Shown here: positions 50,001 through 60,918 of the stretch, piece by piece
Layout of the letters: each line of letters starts with the position of its first letter
Position numbering within the stretch: position 1 is the first letter of the stretch
Assembly (NCBI GenBank): GCA_000708835.1
Contig: DF237393.1
Coordinates: 13,324-77,323, forward strand
Length of the DNA stretch: 64,000 nucleotides
From: Klebsormidium nitens
Lineage: Eukaryota > Plantae > Klebsormidiophyceae
Direction: 5' to 3'
Made by a program: the position numbers and the translations under genes
The notes under the pieces: generated by a model
The model's database searches: none
What the model saw: only the letters and a program-made list of their open reading frames with translations
What the model was told of the DNA's origin: nothing

Positions 50001-52546
50001 CTTCTTAGACCCTCCTCAGCAATGGAAGTAACAACCGGACTCTGATGCCACTGTAGGCAACCAGACGTGCAACACAGCGGGCGCGATTCTCACCTGCCAC
50101 TCAGGTGCTGGGCAATCGCGAATGCAAGCCAGTTGTTCTTGTTGTTGGGCTTGGTGGTCAGCAGCTCCCGTCGGGTCTCCACAAACCCAGCCGTGTCCCG
50201 CAATTGGACCTGGAGAACAATTGCGAATAACTCAGACACGGCACAACATCCTTGACAAACATTGGCGTGTTCTGCTTTTTGTCTGGTCGCACTATCATCC
50301 ATTGCGATTGTCTTGGACAAGAACGTGCAGTTCTGCAATGGCTTTCTTTGTGAATTTCCTTTCAAGCTGGCCCATTTTTGATGGCAAGCATCCCAGCCCT
50401 GGGCAGCAGCAGAGTGAAAAGTCTGTACTATTTTGGAGTTCCACTATGTGACTCCCTCACGAGGGTCGGAGGGCGTTGAAAAGAACCTTGCCTGCAAGTT
50501 TGCAAGATCCCTCAGAATCTGGTTGTTGCCCGGGTCATGCTTGAGGGCGTTGCGGTAGCACTTGGCAGCCTCCCGGTAGTTGCGGTCCGCCCGGTACAGC
50601 AGACCGTAAACGTGCCAGCACACGTGGCTCTTCAGATCGTTCTGCAACCATGCCAGCAATCAGGGCGGTGTCAATTTAAATTGAAATGGCGTTAGTTGGT
50701 CTAGGCTGCAAAACGAGGCCGAACCATGAACCAATCAAAAAAATGAGAATCCCGATAAAAACGAAGACTTTCAAATTCAAGTGATTGATGCCCACAGGAG
50801 TAGAAGTAAGTTGACCACCAAATAGCATTTCCAGGACACAGAGAAAGGTAGTCAGGTGACTTGCCAAGCAACTGCCGGTTGGTGGTCAAGCTGGCTCTGC
50901 AATACGTTGCTTTCACAGAATAGAATTTGATCCGAAATACTGTGCACGATAGTGCCGCCAGACTCTGACGGTTTTTCGAGCGTCCAGAATGGCGTGCCCT
51001 TGCTGGTGCCCCATGTTCTATACAACACGAGAGTGGGGCTCAACGTAGCCTTACCTTCAGACCTCTCCGCACATAGTCGTACGCTTCTTCCTTGCGCTCC
51101 AGGCAGTTCAACGTCAGGCCTTTCATAGCCAGAGTCTCTGTCACCAAAAGAGTTTAGATAAGTTCAAGTTAGTCGACAGGATAGACTGCACCTGTGAACC
51201 AAAGCGGATCGTGAACAAGCAGTTTCTCTTAATTGTTGAATCTCGTGCTGAAGGTAGCGTGCAGAAGCTTGTATGAGTAGCACAGCAGTTCCAAAAAGAT
51301 CAAATTGGCGGAGTCAGCACTGCCCAACTTCCAATCATCAACCTCGTCTGTGAATCCTCAGTGGGCAGCATCCAATGCAAGCTTCAAAAATAAGGATCCG
51401 CTCACCGCTTCTCCTCTGCCTTGGCACTAGCAATCAAGCTTGGCACAGTGCTTTCAGTGGTTTTATAGCTCACCTCCATGTTCTGGAAACTTTTTCAGGA
51501 CCTGATCCGCTGCTTTCAGCCCCTTCTTGTACTGCTTTGTCTCATAGGATTTCTGCACCAGAGGCGATTGACGAGATCATTAGAAAGCTTTCTAGATATG
51601 CAAACTCATCATGAAACGAAACTCCGGCGGTACGGACTTTTGCCGTTGTAACTACAAATACAGTGCCTCCATCACAGACGGCTTCCTTGCCTTCGTTGCA
51701 TTGGGAGAGTTGAGAAACCCTTTTGGCCCCTCCGAAACCTTCTGACATTTGCACCACCATTATATCTTTTTCAAGCTTCTTCAAGGTCCCCTTTCAGGAC
51801 TTTCTGCAGACGGGCACCTTTTATAACCCCTACCGGACATTCTGATCAAAAACTTGATTAGGAGCACCAAAATATTGTTGACCATTACCAATGATAGCAA
51901 TTTCCAGGGGCTTTAAAGCTGACAAAGGCTGTGCAAAGAGTTTTAAGTAAAGCGTGCGTGCATGCAATTATTACAGAGCGATCTCTGAGTGCAGGGTACC
52001 TTTTTTAAAGTCACTAGATCTGACAATGAAGGGGGAAATGCTAAATGCAGGAGCGCAGACTGTGTATCAAAGAACGCGCTTGACTGACCATTACCAACGG
52101 CGTCATACGGAAGGGCAACCGGTCAAACAAGCTATCTTTTAAACTTTGCCTACTTTTCAAGGCGCTTGTTTGCATCAGAAGCATTTCAAAGGAATAGCAT
52201 TTTATCTATCGATGGTGCGGGTAGATAATCGACAATTTTGGAGATTGCTGATGAGAAAAGCTAAAAGACTGTGTCACCCTACCACATGGATGGCATCAAC
52301 CTTGGTTCAGTCTCAAACATGCAGATGCATTCATTACAAGGAAGCTATAAGCATTTGCTCTTGCAAGGTTGATGGTTACAAACTCAAGTGCTTAACAAAA
52401 TGGCGCAGCTCAATGGACTTAACATTTCCAATCAGAACACCAGTAGACTGCCGAATCTCTCAGGAAAATTCACAAATAGTGCCGGGCATGCTTACCACAA
52501 CGAGCTTGAACAAGTTGTTCTCTTTGGGAGGAAGTGTGGCCCCCAT
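41053..52546 (-). CDS. NAA15: N-alpha-acetyltransferase 15, NatA auxiliary subunit (TPR protein), 24 exons
   Basis: Exon 1 52496-52546 [17 protein letters not shown]; then [108 protein letters not shown] and [16 protein letters not shown]. Stop TAG at 41053-41055. The frame is continuous if two GC donors (50491, 49590) are used. Confidence 0.96.
44117..44192. repeat. 34-nt near-perfect direct repeat (period 42) in a NAA15 intron
   Basis: ATGCAGAATCACTGCCT(A/G)AGGATAGGC(A/G)AAGCGC at 44117-44150 and 44159-44192, with 2 mismatches. Confidence 0.85.
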
Positions 52547-53208
52547 GATGCCTCAACTCGTGCCCCCCTCCGTCTGCGTTTGCAGAAAAGTCGTCCACGG
52601 TTCAATCGCCAGTCCCTTTCCTAAAGCGCCGTCCTCAAATTACGCTCTATTTCAGCTCCGTCAACGTCCAGCAATGATGCCTAGCTAAACAAGCAAGGTA
52701 CTTCAGTAGATCACCTTAAAATGCATGTCATTGTCATTCTCACCACGCCAACGACGATGCCAATGCCGATGGATGGCGCCTCTCGTCACGATTGCTATCC
52801 TAGCTGATCAATCTGTCTTGCAGAAAGGCTGGCCAATCTGTGCATAGGCGGGTTGCGAAAATCTAACCCTGAGGTTATTACATGAACCCTCCAGGTCCCT
52901 CCTCAGACCCTGCAGGTGGTGTTACACATGAATATGTGGCCAGTACAGGAAGTCCTGGTCGAAACATCTTCGTGTCGAAGGCGATCCCTGACGTCTAGAT
53001 AACCGCGCATTAAACTCATACAGTAAAGTGGTGGCCGGAACGTTGTCTCTTCATGCAACTTCACTTGAAATGTAGATGAGTGGAACACCTGAAGGATTCT
53101 GAAGTTGCATTCACCCAGACGCCATGGCCTTGCGGAGCACCTGTTGACCTTTAAGTTTTCTGTTCAAGCCAGAGGTTTTCTTGGCAGGGTTTCTTTTGTA
53201 GGGGCAGC
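52547..53208. promoter_or_regulatory. Probable shared bidirectional promoter / 5' UTR region of NAA15 and organellar MetRS
   Basis: The two start codons (52546 minus, 53209 plus) diverge with only 662 nt between them. No specific binding sites are claimed. Confidence 0.55.
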
Positions 53209-56200
53209 ATGGCAACCTCTGCTTTCCTTGCTTCCCGCAACGCCACATTCTGCAAGGCGGGGGCGCTCATCACGAAGCGGTGTGTTGTTGATCAGGTGCA
53301 CGCAGGTGTGCAGTCAAGCAGATGCTGGGGTGTGCTGCGAAAAACTGGATTCAAGCACAGGAGATGCGATAGGGAAGACCCAATCGAAAGGTTACAAAAC
53401 CCGCTTTCTCTAGGACGGTTACATGACTATCCATCGCGGGGGGGTGGCAGTGAAAGGCAACAAGTTGGTGCTAGCACCTCGTATAGGAGTCACATTACGC
53501 CCTCATGCGGTTGCTTGAGAACGGAACGGCCAGGGTCTAAGGGGCAACGCGTACGAACGTTTGCAACGGCAGACACTGCAAGTGGTGGGGCAGATGCTCA
53601 AGAAGTGGAACACTTCACTCTCACAACGCCGCTGTACTATGCTAATGCAGCACCGCACATGGGGAGTGCTTATCCAACATTCGCTGCTGACGCCCTCGCG
53701 CGCTTCCAGGTAAGCAGGTTTCCCTCCTCATGTACACCACCAGAATCTGCTTTGTCAGATCATCCACGCACTCCATGGCCCTGGCGCTCAAAAACCATTG
53801 GCTCAGAACGAGAACGAGGCAACGAGAAGTTGGACTTTGTGAGGTCCTCGGTACACACGCTGCTTCACCCCACAATCCTGGAAAGATTCACAAGTTACTG
53901 GTCAGTTTGGAAGCCATGATGATACTCCTAGCCACACAATTCCACAACGATAATTGCACCATTTGTCTGCGATGGGTCACTTTAACGAAGAGTCCGAGAG
54001 GTAATCGCGTCGAAGATTCAAAGTCACAGAACCCAAGCTGTGTTTGTCTAGTCAAGTGACTAGATCCTGTTGTCGATTCGCAGCGGTTACAAGGGAAGAA
54101 AGTCACATTCATCACCGGAACTGACGAGCATGGGGAGAAGATTGCAACGTCTGCTGCGGCGGCTGGAAAGGAGCCCAAGGAGTTTGTGGACTCAATAGCT
54201 GAGGAGTTCAAGTCGCTGTGGCACGACCTGGACATTTCGTATGACAGCTTCATACGGACAACAAATGACAATCACGAAAAGGTGAACGGCTACGGCGGTT
54301 GCCTTTACTATTGGATGCGTTTGACCATCTGACTAGCCACTTCGTAGAAACTGGGTGTGTTCAACGTCGATAAATTGGAAAGCAGAACGTTCATTAGTTT
54401 TCCGCTTTGTGCGTTGTGAAAGTAATTGTAAGTAGCAACTGCAACGACATCCTTTCTGGTTTCTGTCAAGGCAGAGTGCAGTGGTTGAAGTGCAATCAAA
54501 CAGAACTCTTCAAGTCTCTCAGACCAACAAAACGCTCTGTGTTTCTCAGATAGTTGCGGAAACAATTCAGCGAGTGTGGGACAAGGGCGACATCTACAGG
54601 GCCGAGTATGAGGGGTTGTACTGCGTTGCTTGCGAAGAGTATAAGGATGAGAAGGACCTGATCGGGACGGAGGTGGACGGAAGCGGGGAGAAGATCGTAT
54701 GCCCAACACATAGGTGAACTTCTGCCTATCCAGACAACTGTTTTTGCTTCAACTTGGTATCCCACAAGCCTGGACGACAAGCGGTTTTATGTGGCAGAAG
54801 GCCATCATCTCCAGATGGTTCTAGAGAAGTAATTCTGAAGTACTCGGCTGTTAAACCGACTGAACTTGCTCTGACAAGAGGGATCGCCGCCCACTCAATG
54901 ATGAAGATAGATGCTGGAAGTCCGAAGAGGACAATCACCTCAGCGTTCTCGTAATTTCAACATCTGCGTAAGTTTCTCACATGGCGTGTGCTTGTGCAGA
55001 AAACCGTGCCAGCATCGACAGGAGGACAACTTCTTCTTCAAGCTGTCCAACTACCAGTCAGACATTGAGCGCCTCTTTGAAACGAACCCCGACTTTGTCC
55101 GGCCAACTTTTAGGAAAAACGAGGTGAGCATCTTGTTTCTTCGTCAGCTTCACTTGTTTCTTCGATGTCACTTGGGCAGCGGAACTCCGTCTACTTGTAT
55201 AAGAACCACAGGGGAGCTTCTTGTTCACATTGACCGTTTGTCGAATCGAGATTCAATTGTAGTTGACAGAGTGTGGTTCTGAAGTTTACGCCTATTTCGA
55301 TCTCGAGCCGAATATAGAGGCGCAGAAGGGCAGAGGCACCCACTTCGGCTCTGGCGCAATTTGTTTGCTGGGAATGAGCCAAGTCTGTCCGTTGGCACGG
55401 CGTGGCAAGGCGTTCCCATCAGCATACGCACGTCATACTTATCATCAGGATTTCCCTAAAAACCAACTGGCGCAAGTGGTTCGAACAATTTAGCCGCTCG
55501 AGGCACAATCTACCTGCAAAAGGTTCGAAGTCATCTCTTTCGGGCTCCTGTCCGCAGGTATTGGAGTGGGTGAAGGACGGGGTGCGAGACTTCTCAATAT
55601 CGCGGGCAGCGGTCGAGTGGGGCATCCGGATACCGGCAGATCCCAAGCAGACAGTCTACGTCTGGTTTGACGCTCTCCTCGGGTGAGCTCGGCTCCTCCC
55701 ACTGGGGGCTTGATATCCTCGAGCCACGAGGCTCTCTGATGACGCCAGCAAGGAAAATTGGGAAAGAATCTAGTGCGGCCAGTCAAGAAATGGGCCAGAG
55801 TCCCCAGAAACCTGTATCTGGAAGCTGTTTGATTGTGGTCAATGTCGGAAGAATTCGTCAGTGACCCGAGTTAGGAATGAAGACTTAAATTGTTAAGAGC
55901 CATCCCTTTGTTAGTTGCGTACCGTTTTGGGAGATAATTCATTGGCAGCTTCAGAAGGACTTGGTCAATTCCTGAACTTTGCAAGAGCCTCCGCTGCTAA
56001 GCCGTTCGCTTGTTTCAGCGCAACATCACCTCTTTTCCACCAAAAATATGGCTCGACACGCAAGTGCTTTACTGGCTTGCCAAAGTTGCCCGCACTTCTG
56101 ACTAATAGTGCGTGTCTGCCAGGTACGTGTCGGCGCTTTTGAAGGAGGGTGTCGAGCCCACTTTGGAGAACGCGGTGGCGCAAGGCTGGCCGGCATCGGT

Positions 56201-59200
56201 GCACATCATCGGGAAAGTGAGGGAGCCCTTCGCAAGCCTTTTTGTCATCCTCGCATGGCTGGGAACACTTCTCACCGTACAGGCAGCATTTGAGACTGAA
56301 GTTCCTCACTATCATCGGACAGCTGAGCTGAGCTCAAAGCTGCTCGACATGCCTCGCGGAGGCTTGCCCGCTGCCGGGAACTGACTTACGCGTGAGACGA
56401 CCTTCCATGACGGTGAAATTATACCAACACTACATCTGAGACCTAGCTCCCAAATGGTATTTACGCGTTGTTGCTGTCGGCTACTCCGAGTTCCCCTTCG
56501 ATCTGCCATATCAGTTCGGGAAGGGTCGGAAGCATAGCCCACTTCGCTCTCGACCCCAATACTCAGGCTCATGCGGTCTTCCGCCCCGCAATCTCGGCAC
56601 CCTAAACCTCACTTTCGCTCTGTCCGTCTCAAGCTTCCCCTTTATTCGTGTTTTAACACGCGGAGGGCCAACAAGATTTTCTTTGAATGTTTGCTTTCCG
56701 CTTTGCCGGACACCTGTGGTGCTTTCGCGTCCTTTCGCTCACCACACTCTCTGCATAATGAACCTGTTCCGCTCACCCTTATTCTTCAGGACATTTTGCG
56801 CTTCCACGCGGTGTACTGGCCGGGCATGCTCTTGTCCGCGGGGCTGCCCCTGCCGCGCTCCGTGTTCGGCCACGGTTTTCTCACCAAGGACGGCCTCAAG
56901 ATGGGCAAGTCGCTGGGGAACGTCATCGAGCCCACGGCGCTCGTCAAACAGTACGGCTCCGATGCCGTGCGATACTTCTTCCTCAAGGTGAGTTGCTTAT
57001 CGCATTTTCTGTTTTCGAAGAAGAGACTGAAAAGTAAAGGAGGCGACCGTCTGACTTTCGACCATCTCGGCTTTCGAAACAGTTTTGGAAAGGGTCCTGT
57101 GTCGGTTCTGTAGAGGTGTGGAGACGCTATGAACCATTTCTGAGTCCCTCTGGGTCAGCGAGGCGCAAAGAATGAAAGGATTTGCTGGGTTTGTTGTGCT
57201 GCCACGATACTCGAGCAATAATCGAGATTGATCAGGTTAGTTTCTTACAATCTTGGAGCCGCGATGGCTGAGAAGGTTGGCTTTCAGGTCGGAGGTCCTG
57301 AATTGACGCACTCTCCCGAGCCGCTCTCAGTATCAAGGATCTCCCACCAGAACCATATAACTCGTAGACTACCTGGATTATTATTTTTGGCTCAAAGTAA
57401 ACCTGCTAAGATTCAGCCGGTGCGGTTGGTTTATGCAGGAGGTCGAGTTTGGAAAGGACGGGGACTTTTCGGAGGAGCGGTTTATCAATATAGTGAATGC
57501 AAATCTTGCGAACGCCATAGGTAAGGCTGGTGCTTCTCACGAAGCGCAGGCTTGCTTTCCTGCTGCGCAGTGGGGGTTCCGCGTGTTTCTGGATCTCCAG
57601 CAGTGCTTTGCAGATGCTTCCTGACGATCTCCAGCCGTTCTGCACCCTGTTTCCGTTCTGATCCCCCAAGGATGGTTTCCGCTGGGTGTGCTGAACGGCG
57701 CATAATCAGCTGAGCAATGCGACGGACTTCTCTCGAATGGACGCCACCAGTCTGAATCAATTGGCTTCCCGTAAGGGGCATCTGTCTTGGCGGACGTCTG
57801 ATCTGCACCGTGCTCTGAGCAGGCAATCTGTTGAACCGGACGCTGGGCCTGCTGAAGAAGAACTGCGGAGGGGCGTTGACAGCCGACGCGTCGTCGCTGC
57901 CAGAAGACCACCCGCTCCGATTAGTAACGAAAAACGCAGTACGTCGCTAAGCCCCTTGTGATCAGACTCCGCTCTGACCTGCTCGCCTTTAATGCAATAT
58001 CAAGGCCATACTCCCTAGGCACGTGCTAATATTCTTCAAAATGCGTTCAGTCGTGAGAAGCCTTCCGCTGGACAGGTCATCACGTTAGAGAATTTATGCG
58101 GCGTGGCTCGGGACATCTGCACTCCATCAATGGATTAAGCGCTAGCGTTAGCAACAAATTCCAGAATGCTGTTCACCACATGTGAGTTCAAAAGAGAACG
58201 GTCAACTCTTGCCTTGACTGGAGGCTTGTCTTGTTGCCTATCATTAAATGAGGCTTGTCACGGCGTACCTGCAGGTTCAAAAAGCGGCCGAAGAGTACAC
58301 GAACCTTCAGTTTGGCGCGGCCGGAGAGGCGGCGCTCTCCATTGCTGTGGCAGGAAACGAGTACATCGACACTGTGGTAAGTGACGGCTTGAAAGCTGCT
58401 GCCAATACTTTTCTGGGCTCAGCCGTTCGCTTCACGGTATAGAATGCTTCCCCTGAGTTGCATTGCGTTGTTTCTTTTCCGAAGGCGTGCGCGCACTACT
58501 GCGAAGCAGCAGTGTTCAAGACGCTGAGTACAGCCGGTTACTACTTCAACTGACAGCACGTTTAACCCCAACTCCGGGTGCCGCCCTTCTCTCCTGTCTA
58601 ATTCCTGACGCACTCCATCTATACTTGTTTCCAGGCTCCGTGGTCGCAATTCAAGAAAGGCGACGCTGAGAAGGCCCAGGCCGCGCTGGATTTGCTGGCC
58701 ATCCTCGAGGCCTCGCGCATCCTGGCCATCACGCTGTCCCCCATCGCGCCACGTGTCACGCAGCGCATCTACCTGCAGCTGGGCTACTCCGAGGACGACT
58801 GGAAGGCGGTCACGTGGGTAAGTGCCTTTTGTTAACCGTTCCCCCTTTTTGGGCATCAGCGCTTTTCTGCGGCGCGTAAGGAAGAGTGAGACCCGACGAA
58901 TCTGCAAGTTCCCTCTACTTATCTCATCCGAATGTTGACGGCTCTTTTTGTTTGTAACAAAAGCAAGCGCTCCTGGTTGCTGGTATTTCGAAGCAAGAAG
59001 ATACATAGACACAATGCAATGTCGTGTGGTTCGCATCCTGAGTCTGTTTGTTCCTTAACTTTGCCCTGCGTGATGCGGCAGCATTCATGCTGAGTGCAGC
59101 TTCTTCGGGAGCGGTTGTTGCAAAGGCCTACCGCAAGGCGCTTCGTTTGACGAGGGCCTTCACGGACCTCCTCGCATCACAAGACGCAGAGTGACAGCGT

Positions 59201-59411
59201 CGACTGAGATCCTCTCATGTTTCTCGATTTGCAGGCCGACACCGCATGGGGCAAGCTTAAGGCGGGGCAGCAGATGGCGGAGCCAAAGCCGGTGTTCGTC
59301 CGGCTGGAAGCTCCCGGAAGCGCAGATGAAGCTCCCACTCCGAAACCAAAGCCAGCAAAGGCACAGAAGAAACAAAAAAGCGAGAAAAAGCCGGCCGCTG
59401 TTCCTAGTTGA
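53209..59411 (+). CDS. OVA1: Organellar (plastid/mitochondrial) methionyl-tRNA synthetase, 12 exons, long N-terminal presequence
   Basis: Exon 1 53209-53709. Class I motifs TTPLYYANAAPHMGSAY (HIGH), TGTDEHGEKI, YVWFDALLGY, IGKDILRFHAVYWP and FLTKDGLKMGKSLGN (KMSKS); anticodon domain NAIGNLLNRTLGLL and APWSQFK. Stop TGA 59409-59411. About 135 aa of Ser/Arg-rich presequence precede the catalytic domain. Confidence 0.95.
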
Positions 59412-60166
59412 GATGGGCAGTGTTGAAGAAATGCAGTCAACTGCTCAAGTCTATCTCGCACTTATGAGCTCGTCGGCATGACTATGCCGTTACCTTGACC
59501 AACTCGTCGAAACTGTGTTCATCCAAGCCCTCCTTACGTCAAAGGTTGACGTTCAAAGTATCAACCGTTCATGTGTTGAAGTACTATTCACGAAGGCCTA
59601 CCCAATGCAGCCTCGTCGGAAGCATCTCCGACGCACACACAGATGGAATCCCCTACGTTTTGGTCTGCTGCTCTGTGTAGATTTTCGAAATCTACACAGA
59701 AAAATCAACTGGATTCGCATATAAGACATGTGCGGTGTTCCTTGGGGCATATGATCAGGATGCCTCTACTATGATCACCGTGTCATGTCTGCATAAATTC
59801 TTGAATGCATCAATGCAACCCGTTCTCTGGATATACATCAGGCAGGAAAAGCTCTATGCCTTAACTGATGCATACCATTGGCACATGACGTCCATGGCTC
59901 GGCATTCTAAAGCTCTGGAGAGGCCATCAAACTTAAAGGTGGCTGCACTGCAAGTCGTACGATCTATTGCAATTACTCTGCTGGAAAGCCGAGGCGGTGC
60001 ACGGTTGCAGCTCATGCAGGATAGTCATGCACATTGCAGAGCCACCGATTTACTAGACCAGATTGCAGATCCGTATATGCTGCCGCCACCGGGCCTGTTC
60101 CAATTCACTGTCTGGGAGGCCGCCACAGTGACGTCACGTATCGTCGTCTACTGATTGCGCGCGCCC

Positions 60167-60317
60167 TTAAAGTGGGCGTCTGCACTCGCGAGTGCATTTG
60201 CAATCGGACGGCAGAAAAGCACGACTTGAATCTATCGGACGATGCTCACTTGGTTAAGCTGTACCGCCGTCACACTTCGGCGATGCCGCCGGCGTGACGC
60301 CTACGCGCCCACTTTAA
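60167..60317. mobile_element. Candidate 143-bp non-autonomous DNA transposon (MITE) with TTAA target-site duplication
   Basis: TTAA(60167-60170)|AGTGGGCG ... CGCCCACT|TTAA(60314-60317). The perfect inverted match is 13 nt including flanks (60166-60178 vs 60306-60318), and there is an internal 16-nt palindrome TGCACTCGCGAGTGCA at 60181-60196. It lies in the intergenic space before the quinone oxidoreductase gene. Confidence 0.4.
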
Positions 60318-60918
60318 GATTGGTTCGGCGGCCGCGGCTTCTGCGCAATTGTTGAGTGACATCAGCGTTGCGACCGTGACGAAATTGCGGCATAAGTGCC
60401 TCAAGCACGTGGCTGCATATGGACGGCCAGGGTGATGTTTAATGGCAATGCATTTTGGACCTCCAACTCGGGATATCCTCCGGCAGGAAGCCTGTCCAAA
60501 TCAGCTAGGCATGAACTTGAATCTGAAGGTATTTGCGCCTGGAGGTGTCAGAACCTGGAATCTGGAAGGCATTCAGCGCCTCCTTGGAAACCCGCAATGC
60601 AGCTTGGCTCATGATCACCGTCTCAGAGTCCTCAAAGATCCGCAATGCAGCACTGCTGGGCAATTTTTGTAATGCAGGCTGATCTAGCTTTCAATGGTTG
60701 ACGTTGTTAGTCCCAAGCCACATAAACAAAGACCAAAGGAAGTGATTAGACAGCACTTATGATCTCATTCTTTCACTCTTCAAAGTTGCTCGCTCTTGCA
60801 AGTCTCTACAAGCCTCCCTGATTCATATACCATAGCTGGCTTGACCAAGTACGAAACTTGCATCGAGAAGACCCTCTCCGCCAATTTGCCCTGACTCTTG
60901 GGAGTACCGTCTATCATA

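Noticed and set aside
53640-56910. Non-canonical HMGS and KMGKS signatures in MetRS
   Set aside because: These are the normal variants of HIGH/KMSKS in plant organellar MetRS.
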